Of a stretch of 64,000 bases of DNA, positions 1-13,190 are shown one piece after another. The DNA comes from the human T2T-CHM13v2.0 reference genome, Homo sapiens: the NCBI RefSeq assembly GCF_009914755.1, contig NC_060931.1; one strand, given 5' to 3'. Under the pieces are notes generated by a model, which was given only the letters and a program-made list of their open reading frames with translations, was not told the origin of the DNA and did not search any database. The translations under genes were made by a program, and so were the position numbers. Numbering within the stretch: the stretch's first letter is position 1; every line of letters begins with the position of its first letter.

Positions 1-39
1 CCCAGGGAGAGCAAAGAAGAGTGAGGCAAGCCCCCCTAC

Positions 40-775
40 ATACAGATATATATGCAACCCACCCCCCCGACACAGACACACACATTCACAGACTTCACCC
101 CTACAGCCAAACACAGCCCCCAACCCTCACCCATGTACCCACACCGACCCACACCCACCCACACCCACCATACACCCACACTCACCCACCCACACCCACA
201 GACACGGACACATACCCACACCCACAGACACCCACATACCCACCCACCCATACCCAACACACCCACACCCAGATACCCACACATAGACCAACACCCACAC
301 GCCCAGACACCCCCACATGCCACACACCCACATACAACCACACACACCGACACCCACACACATCCAACAAATCCACAGACACCCAGACACCCACAGATAC
401 CCAAACACCCACAGACACCCAGACACACCCACACACCCAAACACGCCCACAGACACCCAGACACACCCACACCCAGACACACCTTCACACGCCCAGACAC
501 CCTGACACACCCACACCCAGACACCTGCAGACACCCACAAACACCCAGATACCCAAACACACCCAAACACATCCACACACCATCCCAACATACCCACAGC
601 CACACACGCCCACACCCAGATACACACCCAGACACCCACAAACACCCAGATACCCAAACACACCCAGAGACACCCACAGATGCCCACACACCCAGACACC
701 CACAGATACCCACACACGCCCACAGACACCCACAAACACCATACACACACGCCAACACACCCACAGCCACACCCC
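40..775. repeat. CA-rich degenerate low-complexity repeat (CACAC/CCCAGACA units)
   Basis: Continuous cacacccagacacc-like units; source of the spurious H/T/P-rich and V/C/G-rich ORFs. Confidence 0.9.
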
Positions 776-3700
776 TAGAGCCTGCCAGGGGTCCGCAGCA
801 AGAGACAGGGCCTGGGGGACGAGGAGCACCGTCCCTGGCAGATGCCTGGCACAGAGAGGCTGAAGAGTCCCGGTGGGAAGGCCTGGGCCGCCCACACACA
901 CAGGCAGGAAGCTCTGAGACCCACCAGGCCAGGCACGCAGGGCTCTGGGGAGCAAGATTTTCATGGTGGGGATGTGGACACCCCCAGGGGAGCCTGGTGA
1001 CTGACCGGCTCCAACCAGCTCCATGCTCACCTCCTAGGCCCACAGCCGCCCACAGCCGCCAACGGGGCAGGCACAACAACTGGCCCTGAAAGGTAAAAAC
1101 CCTCCTGGCACAGGCCCAGCCTCGGCCCCCACTCCATGGGCCACGCAGTCCACGGCTGATCACACGGGCCAAAGTCCATAACACTGTTAGGGCTGCACAG
1201 GGGCCGCCGCGGTGGCCGAGGGTCTGTCAGCCCACATGCGTGGGGCACCCGGACAGGCCCTGAGCAGGTGGGCAGGGCCCTGTGGTAGGGTCCCAGGTTG
1301 GTGGCCAGAGTGGTGAGGACGGGGCCAAGGCTGTGGGCAACAGCAACGTGGGCGCTGGCCTGGGGTGGATGGCGAGGGGAACCCAGGCCGTCCCATATCG
1401 GGGCCAAGCCGGGGACCCGCAGGCCCAGCTGTTTCCCGCAGGCTTCCTGAGCGCCCGGTGCAGGGCTGCTTCTTGTGTCAGGCACCAGCCTGGATGCTGC
1501 GGAAACAGCTTCCTTCACACCCACTCTTGCTTCTGGCCACCAGCGCTCCCGACCTGGCAGGAGTCACAGCCCAATTCCCGTGTCCCCGAGGGAGCCACTG
1601 TGGCCACGAGGTGGGAAGCTCAGGAGTGCCACCCACTGCCCTGGGCTGTGCCTGACACTGGCCGGTGCACCTTTAACTTTTCCAAACTCCTGCTTTCTGT
1701 GCTGGGCCTCAACAGAAGACGCAGGGGCAGCTGGAGTGAGGGTGCTGCGCCCGGAGAGCCAGGGGCCTTGGGGGTGCCCGGCTCCACTCTGCGCCATCGG
1801 CTGCCCCGTGCTCGCGCTCGCTGCCTTGGGGGTGCCGGCTCCACTCCGTGCCATCGGCCGCCCTATGCTCGCGCTCACTGTCCTGGACCAGGCAATTCCC
1901 CAAGGCTGTGACCACGACGTGAGCGACCTCAGCTATCTTGGGATGACACAGGCGGGCCCCGGGAGGGTGTGCAGCTGGAGGGGGCGGGAGGCAGCAGGTC
2001 CAGGCAGGCTGGAGGGCACAGGCCGCGGCAGGTCGTGGGGAATGGGAGCAGCGCGGGAGGGTGGTGGGGCCGCCAGGATCGGGCGTGGTAATGCCGGGAC
2101 CTGCTGCTTGCTCTGCTTGGCCTGCACAGTGTCTGGCCCGGAGAGCACAGGTGAGCAAGGTAGGACGGCTGTCACCCACAGACGAGCAGCGGAGAACTTT
2201 CTCTAACTGCCACCCACGTGCCGACCCTCCAAAGAACGCGGGTTTCACTAGCAAATAAGAACGTGGGTTTAATTAGCAAATACTTTTAACAAACTTGACA
2301 CTATCACATAGAGCTCCCAAAGTTGCCCCAAGGGCTTGTAAATTACCTAAGTACACACCAAAAAATTTTTAAAAGAATCCCAGTGTCAAATAAAAGCCTG
2401 TGAGGGCCCCTTCTAGGGACTTGAGTTTCAGGCCTAGGATGCAAAGCCTGGCGCAGCAGCCAGGGGTGACTCCAGGCTCCTGCCGGCTCCAGGATTCTGG
2501 GAAGGGGCAGACTTTGGGCCCCCTGGAGCCCCTCTAGGCCCAGTGTCCACCCCACAGACCCTGCAGTCTGGGGCCACTCTTCTGGGAGAGGTGTTGTGGG
2601 CGGCTTTGAGCCGACGCTGTCAGGGCAAGAGTCTCTCTCCTAACATGAAGGCTTTCCAACACAGATGGGACGGGCCTCATGGAAGGAAGCACCGGCCTGT
2701 CACAGACGTGTGATGTCTAAAGCCGGCGTCTCTGGACCATCCCAGGGCAAGCAGAAAGTCGTACAAAAGTACAGTCACCCTATCTCAATGCTAGGACAGT
2801 CTTCAGCATTTCAGACTTGATGAAATACAGACACTCATATGAAGTACAGAAAAATAAAAATTCCAGCCACACATTCTGTCTCCTGCGGTTAGATGTCTTG
2901 AGGATTACATTTGAAAATGCATAAAACAATTCAATGTGCATGAAAAGCTTTACGCAGGACCTGCACCCACACAGATAAACTGCGACCCCGAGGACTGGGA
3001 TGGGGAGGCGGCCAGCGGGCCTGTCACTGCACCTACGCTGTGTATTTCACAACATGGACACTTCCACAGGCTACCTCAAGCAACGCGGCACTCGTGCAGT
3101 CAAACATGAAATCCTTACCATCAGGCAATGAAAATGTTCACTGTACTCAACAAATACACTGAAAACAAACCACAAAGCCAAACCCTACAGGCTGGGAGGA
3201 GCAAAGTGGATCAGCTGCCACAGCACCTTCCAGAGAAGAGAGCCGTGAGATTCTTACAGAGAAGCTGACACTGTTTGAGAAAATACAACTGCATGAAAAC
3301 TATGTTTTTCCTTTATGCCTTTAACTCCTGGCAAGAGACACAGAGAAGAAATGACACTAATTTGATTTTAAAAGGTTCCCGTAGACTCGACTGAGGCAGC
3401 AGAGACCCAACAGCTCCTTTCCGCCCACCCCACCCGTCCATCTGTGTGACACGGGCCCTGTGTGAGCCGTGCTCCCCAGCGTGAGGCTTCGCCACAACAC
3501 ACTGGCTCTTCCTGGAGATGTCCAAGGTGGGTAACGTGCTAGTCATACCCCAACAAAAAGAACTGGCAAAAATAAAAACCATCATCATTTCCCAGGTTTG
3601 TGAATTTAAGCCAACAGGAAACGTGGGACAAACACGCGGGGCTCCATAAAGCCAGCCTGGCACTGGCTCTGGCACCAGGTCCCTGGACTGGACACCAATC

Positions 3701-4591
3701 TCCACGGTTCCGAATTTTCCTAAGTGATGACTGTGAACACCACATGCACAGAAACGAGCCCTGAGAAGGGGGCCACATTGGCCGCCGGCCACGGCAGCGA
3801 TCCGGCCACGGCAGCGTTCCGGTTGGTGTCACCCTGTCCCGGCCTGAGCCCAGCTCTCAGATCCGAGCACCAATTCTGTCTACAGCCCCTTCCTGCCTGC
3901 GGGCCCTCCCTGCCCTGCAGGGACGGTGCAGTGAGCACAGGTGTGCAGGCTGTGCGGTGAGAGCCCCAGGGCTGGGAGGAGCAGGCAGCCTTGGTCCAGC
4001 AGGTCCTGTGTGGGGGCCGCGTTGCCGGGCAGGGCCTGACACGGCTGCTGTGGGCTCTGAGAACAGCCCAAAAGGACAGTGACCCCTGCCCAGTCTCTCC
4101 AGCCTGGGAATGACCTTCCCCAGCCGTGGCCTCACACCAGGGAGGTGTGATGGGAAGTGACCTGGGTGGCTCCTGGGTCCCTGCTAAATTGTTTGGGGGG
4201 GCTGAGGGGTGAGGAAAGAGAGGTGGGGTCGGGAAGAGGCGTGGCCTCCCTGTCCCTGAGGCATGAGAGCAGGTGTGGGCTCCCCGTCCCCCGGGCATGA
4301 GAGCAGGTGTGGGCTCCCCATCCCCCAGGCACCAGCAGGTCTTTGTCAACCTGAGGCTCAGGGAGGAATGTGCAAGTCCCTGTCTCATGAACAGGGTTTG
4401 GGCCATCGGAGCCCCTGCAGAGGCTGGGTTCATGCAAGCTGTCAGCTGCCAGTGCCCACAGGCATCCACGCCGCTCTGGACTCAGGGTTTAGAAAAAGTC
4501 ATCTGTTCCAGCCAGACCTTCCTGTTTCCCCCCAAGTCTAAGGGAGCAGAGCCTTCACCTAAGAAAGGAGGGCAGAGTGGGGAGACCCAGG

Positions 4592-4697
4592 GCTGACCCA
4601 GAGGGCAGGGAGGACCCAGGACTGACCCAGGAGAGCAGGGAGGACCCAGGACTAACCCAGAGGGTTGGTGGGCGGGGCCAGGACTAACCCAGAGGGC
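4592..4697. repeat. Short tandem repeat, ~28-30 bp unit, ~3-4 degenerate copies
   Basis: ctgacccagagggcagggaggacccagga-like unit repeated. Confidence 0.7.
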
Positions 4698-5036
4698 CAG
4701 AGGGACTGAAGCTGCGGCCTGTGGGCCCCTAATGCCCAGCCCTCGTGGAGGCACCAAGGCAGGAGCGCATCCCAACACCCAGCCCGGGCTTCCTCGGTGG
4801 GCAGCTCCTCACCCACGGTGAAGCGAGGCCAAAGGTCATCGAGTGCTGACCGCCACTCTCCTTCCTCCAGGGGCCCCTCTGTGAGCAATGCCCATGTGAC
4901 ACTGATGTCACCTGACCAGACGGAAATACTCCTGACGCCCCTCAGTGACCCTGGACCGGCGTCTGTCTGGGCAGGACCATCTAGTGTCTGAGGTGTCACA
5001 TGAGGATCCCAGACAAAACACGCTCCCCCTCCGGTG

Positions 5037-6020
5037 TCACGCCAGCACACAGCAGCACACGCCAGCGCACAGCAGCACACAGCAGCGCACAGCAGCACAC
5101 AGCAGCGCACAGCAGCACACAGCAGCACACGCCAGCACACAGCAGCACACGCCAGCACACAGCAGCACACAGCAGCACACGCCAGCACACAGCAGCGCAC
5201 GCCAGCACACAGCAGCACACGCCAGCACACAGCAGCACACAGCAGCGCACGCCAGCACACAGCAGCGCACGCCAGCACACAGCAGTGCACGCCAGCACAT
5301 AGCAGCACAGCAGCACACAGCAGCACAGCAGCACACAGCAGCGCACGCCAGCGCACAGCAGCACACGCCAGCACACAGCAGCACACGCCAGCACACAGCA
5401 GCACACAGCAGCGCACGCCAGCACACAGCAGCGCACGCCAGCACACAGCAGCGCACGCCAGCACATAGCAGCACAGCAGCACACAGCAGCGCACAGCAGC
5501 ACAGCAGCGCACAGCAGCACACACCAGCACAAAGCAGCGCACGCCAGCGCACAGCAGCGCACACCAGTACACAGCAGCACACAGCACCACACAGCAGCGT
5601 ACAGCAGCGCACGCCAGAGCACAGTAGCGCACGCCAGCGCACAGCAGCACACAGCAGCGCACAGCAGCACACGCCAGGGCACAGCAGCGCATGCCAGCAC
5701 ACGCCAGCGCACAGCAGCACACAGCAGCACACGCCAGCGCACAGCAGCACACGCCAGCGCACAGCGCACAGCAGCGCACAGCACACAGCAGCACACAGCA
5801 GCACACACCAGCGCACAGCAGCGCACAGCAGCGCACGCCAGCACACAGCAGCACACAGCACACAGCAGCGCACAGCAGCACACACCAGCGCACAGCAGCA
5901 CACGCCAGCGCACAGCAGCACACAGCAGCACACGCCAGCACACGCCAGCGCACAGCAGCACACGCCAGCACACACCAGCGCACAGCAGCGCACAGGAGCA
6001 CACAGCAGCACACAGCAGCG
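5037..6020. repeat. ~1-kb minisatellite of ~10-bp units (cacagcagca / cacgccagca)
   Basis: Direct inspection; yields stop-free AAHSS/CCCVLL pseudo-ORFs on both strands. Confidence 0.95.
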
Positions 6021-7631
6021 CCCACCCACGCACCCTGGTCCTCTGCTGTGCATGTCATTGAGGGTGTGGGGTCTGCGGAGAGCCCGGACCACTCGGAAGC
6101 CTTGGTCTGAGGGCCACGCGGGCCCAGAGCACCTCAGGCTGTGGGCATTGGGCCTCTGCCTCTGGCCCCAGGCTCAGGCTCCCTGGGGAAGTGGTGGCCG
6201 TGCTGCATCAAAGAATGGCAGAGAAAGGACCCACTGTCTCTCAGAGGGAAGATAAGGAGCTCCCTGCTCAAATTGGAGCTGCGGGGAGGGACGCCACCAG
6301 CCCAGCCTGCCGTGCCCTGCTGTGCGGGTGAAGGGGCTGCAGGGAAGGACACCACCAGCCTGGCCTGCCGTGCCCTGCTGTGTGGGTGAAGGGGTCACCT
6401 GGCCTGGACCCCGTCCAGTAGCCATGCAGGGGATGGTGTGCATGAGGCAGGCGCTGCTGTCCTACGATGTCAGCCGGGTGACGGGGCCAGGGCTCCAGTG
6501 TCGCTGCCATCGGGCCCTTGGGGAGCATCCCTGGATGGCAGGGGAGGTGGGGAGGGCTCCACACAGCGGGGTGGAGGACAGCGAGACAGCTACACACCCT
6601 CCTGCACCTTCTTCTGGGGAAACAAGACACGGACTCAATGCTTACGAACTTTCCTGGAGGGGAGACTTCTCCAGTGGGATCACCCCAACACGTGAACTGA
6701 CTGCCGCGGGCAGCCGCGGACGGCGGGATAAGGGGCAGCCGCGGACGGCGGGGAAGGGGCAGCTGCGGACGGCAGGGTAAGGGGCTTCTCTGCCCCCGCC
6801 CCCCACTGCACACAAGGCCAGGCGCTCTGGGGCCCAGCATCCAGGGCTCAAAACCACACCCGCCTTGGTGGGATGGCGCCTCGCCTTTCCCATGCTGCGG
6901 TAGGAACACCCCATGTTTGTTCGGTGCATTTTATTTTCTAAAATGTGGCAGAAAGAAAATAACTCCAGCAGGTGACAGAAGACCTAGTAGAACTTAGCCC
7001 AAATTTAAATAATGACCCAAAGTCCCCACGGGGCTCAGACGTTCCCACACCCTAGGCAGAAATCCCCACTCACACGAGCACGCATACACACGCGTGCACA
7101 CATACCCCTGCCATCATCTCTGCTCTCTCCATTGAGCCCTGGCTAAGCACCAGCTCCCACCAGGCAGGAAGCACAGGCCCAGGACACGCACACTAGGGCT
7201 TGGCGGGTGGGGTCCAAGTCAGGAAGTGAGAGCCGAGGCCCTACAGGAACAGGGGGTTGCCCCTTCAACAGGTAACCCATATAAAAAGTGACTAACGAAA
7301 GCACGTCTTTCTTCTCACTCCACAGCTTTGAAACCAGTGTGCATTGTACACGTGGAGCCATCTCAGACCCAGACTCAAAGTCCGCCTGGCTCCGGCCATC
7401 AGCCTGTGGCGTCTCAGAGCCTGGCCCCGAGCAGAGAGGAGATGTGATGAGGAGACATGACGAGGGAGTCGTGATGGGCACACCCATGGCCAGCAGGCCC
7501 AGCCTGTGCCTCTCGGAGGTCCGCACTTCCTGCCCAGTGGGAGCAGGCACCTGGCGTGGGCTCCAGCTGAGGTGTGCACGCGGGCGGGTGGGGTCCAGCC
7601 CAGAGTGTGGTCTTTATGTAAATCAGGGTGG

Positions 7632-7785
7632 AGCTCAGGTGCACTGGCTCACACATGTTAATCTGAGTGCTTTGGGAGGCCAAGGTGGGAGGCTGGCTTG
7701 AGCCCAGGAATTCGAGACTGCAGTGAGCTGTGATCACACCACTGTACCCCAGCCTGGATGAGAGTGAGACCCTCAAAAAAAAAAA
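7632..7785 (+). mobile_element. Alu monomer (FAM/FRAM/AluJ-like)
   Basis: ctttgggaggccaaggtgggagg...gcagtgagctgtgatcacaccactg...A-tail. Confidence 0.8.
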
Positions 7786-7939
7786 TCAATAGATCAGGGC
7801 TGCGCCCCAGGTCTTCTACCTCGGGGGTGGGTGATAGGCTCGTCCAGCTGGTGGTCCCAGGACAAGCTCTCTGTCCCTCCCAGGTGTTCCATAGTCTAGG
7901 ACAGTGCAGGAACTGCAGACTTGTCAAGAACTGGGGAGT

Positions 7940-8207
7940 GGTCCGGGCGTGGTGGCCGAGGTGGGTGGATCATCTGAGTCAGGAGTCCGAGACCAGCCTG
8001 GCCAACATGGTGAAACCCCGTCTCTACTAAAAATACAAAAATTAGCCGGGCATGGTGGTGCACGTCTGTAATCCCAGCTACCCGAGAGGCTGCGGCAGAA
8101 CTGCTTGAACCCGCGGGGGGCAGAGGTTGCAGTAAGCCAAGATCGCGCCATTGCACTCCAGCCTGGGCAATAGAGTGAGACTCTGTCTCAAAAAAAAAAA
8201 AAAAAAA
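7940..8207 (+). mobile_element. AluS-type element with internal left-arm deletion
   Basis: Alu dimer with tactaaaaatacaaaa linker and A-tail; the ctcacgcctgtaatcccagcactttggga segment is missing. Confidence 0.9.
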
Positions 8208-9942
8208 CGGGGGGGGGGGAGTGAAAGGGAGGGAGGAAGAGGGTGAGGGTTTGGAGGGGCCCAACCAGGCCCACCTGTGGTTGCATGGATCTCTAGCCAC
8301 CTGCAAAGCCAGAAGGTACCTTGAGCTGACAGGTCCGTGTTGTTCAATGGTTCTATAGGGAAAATCCTGCCCCCATGCCAGGTTGTTGATCACCCACGGT
8401 CAATGCTGGAAGGGGCAGCTGCTGCTCTGGGCCAGAAGGAGAGGCTTCCTGGCACCGTGAGGAGGCTGGCCTGGCTGCTCACAGCTCCCGGCAGAAATGC
8501 GGAGCGGGGTCCTCACTGCAGCACCCGGGCTTTTCAAAACAGTGAAGCCCTGAGTCCAAGAAGGCAAACCACAGAGCGGAGGTGGCCGTGGGGCTGCCCT
8601 GTGGGCAGAGGGGAGGCTGCGCAGGCCTAGTGGCTGCAGGAAGCTCCAGTGGCCGCCAAGAACCTCCAGGCCCATCACCACGAGGAGGGCCCCCACTGCA
8701 GCCAGGGCTTCCAGATGGGCAGAGGCGGTGGGAAGCAAGCAGGAAGCGGAGACTGGTTGGCTGTGGCCCTGACCCCTCTTCTCCTGATGGAGTGTGGGGG
8801 GCTGGGGCTGCCTGGGGTCACCCACTCAGGTCTCTCACTCCTGCCCTCCCAGGAAGTGGACAGTTCCCACAGCCTGGACCCAGAGGCCCGCAGGCACTGA
8901 CCGCGGCCCGGAGGCCAAGCTACAGTGCGTTTCCCGAGGGAGGCCACGGGGCACCTGGACGAGGGCAGCTTAGGACGCTCGGCTCTCGTCTCAGGAATCC
9001 CAGGGCAGAAGTCCAGCGAGGCGGCAGGTGGCCGGCCCGTCCCCAGCCTCTCTTCCCACTGAGGAGAGATCCAAGGGCCGGCGGAGTGGTGGTGTCTGCT
9101 GCTCTGCGGGAACACGGGCACCAGGCCCAGCAGTGCATGGATGCGGCAGGCCCCGCGTGCGATGCCCTGGTCCCCACGACTGTTTCTTCCCACGCCGCGG
9201 AGTGCATTCCCTCATGCTCCCGTCCTGTGAACACGCGCTGCAGCCTCTGCCCTCCTGGGGCTCCCTGAGAGAGGGGGCACCCCTTGCTCCCATCACAGTC
9301 CTCCTGCAGCCTGGGGCCCCGCCCAGCACGCCCACCAAAGGGGAGGCCCGCTCTCCTGTCAGAGCCAGGACAGCCTCTCCAAGAACTCTTCCTGGGCCCC
9401 AGAGAGGAGCCCCCTAGGTTCGCTTCTCGCCAGCCGCTGCCCCATCTTGCGTCTCCACCCAAGGGCCCCTCGGCGCCCCCACCTGGAGCCCCCACTATCG
9501 AGATATGTCTGGCGGATACCACACACAAGGGGGCTGTAGCGGGTTGGGGAACAGGCCAACCCCTCCCAGACTGCAGGGACAGCTAGTCTCACACAGCTAA
9601 GACCAAGATGATGTAAGGAAATGAATGACAGTAAACCCAGCCCTTACCGAACCCACCTCCCGAGCAGGGAGGACCTGCAGGAAACAGAGGCTCCCATTCC
9701 TGTTCACCTCTGATCTCAGGGGCAGACACCAGCCCATCACTGCCGTCTGCTGACCACCCCTGCAGACGGCCTGGGCCTTGGATGTCCTGCTCCTCTGGGC
9801 TCCCCAGGCTGTGTGAAACGGAGGAGTGCAGGGGTCAGGACCCCTCGACTTTCTTGGGGGCAATCAGGCCGTTTGTAACGTCCTGATACAGCAGAGCTGG
9901 GGACTGGGGTTACGAAAGACACCACCAGGTGGAGCCTTCAGA

Positions 9943-10290
9943 TGGGACCTCCCAGCAGGGCCTCCAGGCTGGGGACCTTCAGGCAGGTACCTCCAGGCTG
10001 GGGACCTTCGGGCAGGTACCTCCAGGTTGGGGACCTCCCAGCAGGGCCTCCAGGCTGGGGACCTTCAGGCAGGCACCTCCAGGCTGGGGACCTCGCAGCA
10101 GGGAACTCCAGGTTGGGAACCTCCAGGCTGGAGACATTCCAGTAGGGACCTTCTGGTTGGGGATCACCAGGTTAAGAACCTCCAGGTTGGGGACCTCCAG
10201 ACTGGGGACCTCCCAGCACGGACCCCCAGGTTGGGAACCTCCAGGCTGAGGATCTCCCAGCAGGGACCTCTAGTGTGGACCTCCAGGCTG
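9943..10290. repeat. Degenerate minisatellite (gggacctccaggctg / gggacctcccagcag units)
   Basis: Repeated ggggacct/ccaggctgg motifs. Confidence 0.8.
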
Positions 10291-11928
10291 GCACCCATGG
10301 GGCAGGTTTCTTTCTTCTTCCCCAGAAGCCTTTTCATCGTGGCAGTAGGACCTGACCTTGACAGAGATGATATTGCGGATTTCAGTGACTGAACCAGAGT
10401 CGGAAGCTGAAGGGCTCTGCCCAGCCTTCCTGTCTTCATCCATTAAGTCTGATCGGCAGTGGTGGCCACCTGGGCTGCTGCTTTGACAAGATGCCAGTAG
10501 TTGGAGCTGGGACCCCAGGGAGCACTGTCCATCCACCGCACAGGAGTAGGGCTTCAGCAGCTGTCAGTCATCAATCATTTCCCCATGCTGTTGGATGGGA
10601 GAGGGACAATCTGCCAGCCCCAGTGTGACTGGCTTTGCTGCCACCGCAGTGCCCTCTGGGAACCCCGGCAGGTCGGCTGGAGGCAGGACACCACCCCCCT
10701 AACCCCTCCCTACTTGTCACCAGACAGAAACCACAGCTCACCAACAACCATACACAAACAGCGCACTAAAAGAAAGCATGCGGCAAAAATACCCGCCCAG
10801 CGAGAACTGTGCCTGGCACAGGGAAACACACTGGGATGCGCGCCCTTCCGCGGGGCGAGGCTGGGTTTTGGGGTATAAACTGAGTCCTGGGGAGCAGGAG
10901 CCTGAGGGGCACCCAGGGCAGCTCCCTCGGCCTGGGTCACAAGGTTCGATCCTCCGCGGGGGTGGCAGGAAAGCCCAAGTCCCTCGGCACACCCAGGTGA
11001 CAGCGATGACGGCCCACAGGCGTGGCGCCTGGGCCACATCGGACAGGCCATGTCCTGGAGCACTCGAGGCCCCCTGGACAGGGCAACCAACCCTGAGTCC
11101 ACCGGAGTCTGCTCGCAGACCACCAGGAGCCCCGCTGCACTGTTCGTGAGCCACGGTGGTGACGGCAGCTCAGGAGGGAAGGACCAGAAGCCTGGCCCCG
11201 TCCCACGAGGACAGACGCAGGCCTGCGGGGAGGCATGTCCCCACCCACGGGCGCCTCCTGGACCACGAGCTCCTCTTTCTCCTGCATCGCCTCAGACCCC
11301 ACCCAGGGGTTCCAAGGTCAGGAGCCTGGTCCCACGTCCCACAGCCCTCTCATGGGGCACCCGTACGGATTCTGTTCCAATTTAAAGAAAACCTTAATCA
11401 GATTTGTCACCTCAATTATTAGAATCCCACGGCGTTAACTCACAGTAGTAAACTGCTTTTTCTGAGAAACAAGAGTTTTTTAAATTAAGCCTTTTATTTT
11501 AACGCAATCGCAGGTGACGGCCGTCGTGAGGGAACACGGGACGCCCACGTGCCCTCCACCACCTCCTCCCACGGCAACCCTCGCAGAGTAGCCAGGACCA
11601 CATTCGGATCCGGACTCTGAAATGACAGTCCCACAACCAACAGCATCGATGTGGTCTTCTTAATGATCAGAAACACACAGGGGATTAATTTACTCTTATT
11701 CTGCAAAATAAACAAGCTCTCAAATTCTTTAAAGGTGAATCCCCCCCAACCGTCCTCCCTCCCCAGTTACTTCCTCCCTAGGACACCAGTGGAACATCCC
11801 ATGCTCTCCCCCTTCCATGTTGATACCGAATAAAACACACTGCATCAGAAGACCCACGCATACGAGTCCAGGGGCTGCTACAAAGCGCGGCGACGTCTCC
11901 GCGGCGAGCTGGCCACTCCATGGTCCCG

Positions 11929-12022
11929 GCGCAGACACTGGGGCAGGCGCCGGCTCTGTCGTCGAGGCGCTCACAGGCAGGCACACGTGAGCTCCTGGAG
12001 GACAGGGAGAGCGGCCGCCCCG
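11929..12022 (-). ncRNA. MIR339: pre-miR-339 hairpin (5p mature 12008-11986; 3p mature 11973-11951)
   Basis: Reverse complement contains UCCCUGUCCUCCAGGAGCUCACG (miR-339-5p) and UGAGCGCCUCGACGACAGAGCCG (miR-339-3p) separated by a 12-nt loop; the arms pair. Confidence 0.97.
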
Positions 12023-12618
12023 CCCCTGCGGAGCACAGGACGCTTCCTGCCACCCCTGCAGAGCATGGGACGCTTCCTGCCATGGTGCCGTGGCAATGGG
12101 TGGCACCTGCCTGTGGCCCCTTCTCAGAAGGACGTTTTAAACGCGTGAGGTCTGATGCACAGCCACAGGGAGACACAGACGAGCAGATGTGGGCATCCGA
12201 GTATTTACAAGGTCTGGTGGCTCCTGCAGCCGCGACACGGGCTGAGCGCAAGTGATGTGTGAGGTGTCCCCAACAGATGGCACGGGGAGCGCCCACACCC
12301 GCCACCGCGGGGTCTGCGGAAGCTCGTGTCAGCTGGAGGTTAGGGAAGACGCACAGGGGCTCATTCTCCACCCAGGTTCAAACTCCCTGAACTCACGAGA
12401 CCCAGGCTGAAGACATGGACAGACTCCCAGCCCCAGCGCCCCTCTGACAGCACACCCGAGGCCTCCTGGGAACCTGGGACCCCTTGCAGGGTCCCCCGCA
12501 GGCTCCTTCCTAGGAAGGAGGTTCCTGCCCTACTCCACATTTCTCTCCATCCAACTTCCAACTCCTTCCCACTGGGCCCTGGAGAACATGACGAAGACTG
12601 TGGGGGCCTCCTCCCAGG

Positions 12619-12620
<2 letters not shown>

Positions 12621-12674
<54 letters not shown>
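12621..12674. repeat. (AC)27 microsatellite
   Basis: Perfect dinucleotide run. Confidence 0.98.
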
Positions 12675-12675
<1 letters not shown>

Positions 12676-12844
12676 AGCAACGCGCCCAGACCCCAATCCC
12701 TGGCAGCCCAACTCCTCGTTCTACAGAGAAGGGGTGAGGATCTCCAGGGGTGACTGCTCACATCTCGGCACATGTAGAAGGCAGGGCTGGAGCAGCGGCC
12801 CCTGCAGCCCAGGCCAGGGGACTGGAGGCCCTTCCACAGCAGCC

Positions 12845-13190
12845 CTTTCCTTTTGATACACGGTCTTGCTCTGTGGCCCAGGCTGGACTGCAGCGGCACC
12901 ATCACAGTTTACTGCAGCCTCGACCTCCTGGGCTCAAGCAATCCTCCCACCTCAGCCTCCCAAGCAACCAGGACTATAGGCATGTGCCACCATGCCTGGC
13001 CAGTTTTTAAATTTTTTATAGAGATAGGACCAAGGCTGCTCTCACACTCCTGAGCTAAAGTGATCCTCCTTGCCGGCCTCCCAAAGTGCTGGGATTATAG
13101 GCATGAGTTTTCAAACTCCTGGGCCACAGCGATCCTTCCGGCCAGCCTCAAAGTGCTGGGATTATAGGTGTGAGCCCACGGTGCACAGCC
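12845..13190 (-). mobile_element. AluJ-type element, antisense, with an extra partial left-arm segment
   Basis: ggtcttgctctgtggcccaggctgga...ctcaagcaatcctcccacctcagcc...cccaaagtgctgggattatagg. Confidence 0.85.

Noticed and set aside
21-1184. Long H/T/P-rich and V/C/G-rich ORFs
   Set aside because: Translations of a CA-rich repeat, open in several frames on both strands
4652-6255. 350-470 aa Cys/Ala-rich and AHSS-repeat ORFs
   Set aside because: Products of a stop-free 10-bp minisatellite, not keratin-associated or metallothionein-like genes
9922-12283. CTCF-like motifs CCACCAGGTGGAGC (9922-9935) and CCAACAGATGGCAC (12270-12283)
   Set aside because: One-mismatch matches are common in GC-rich DNA; unsupported without ChIP data
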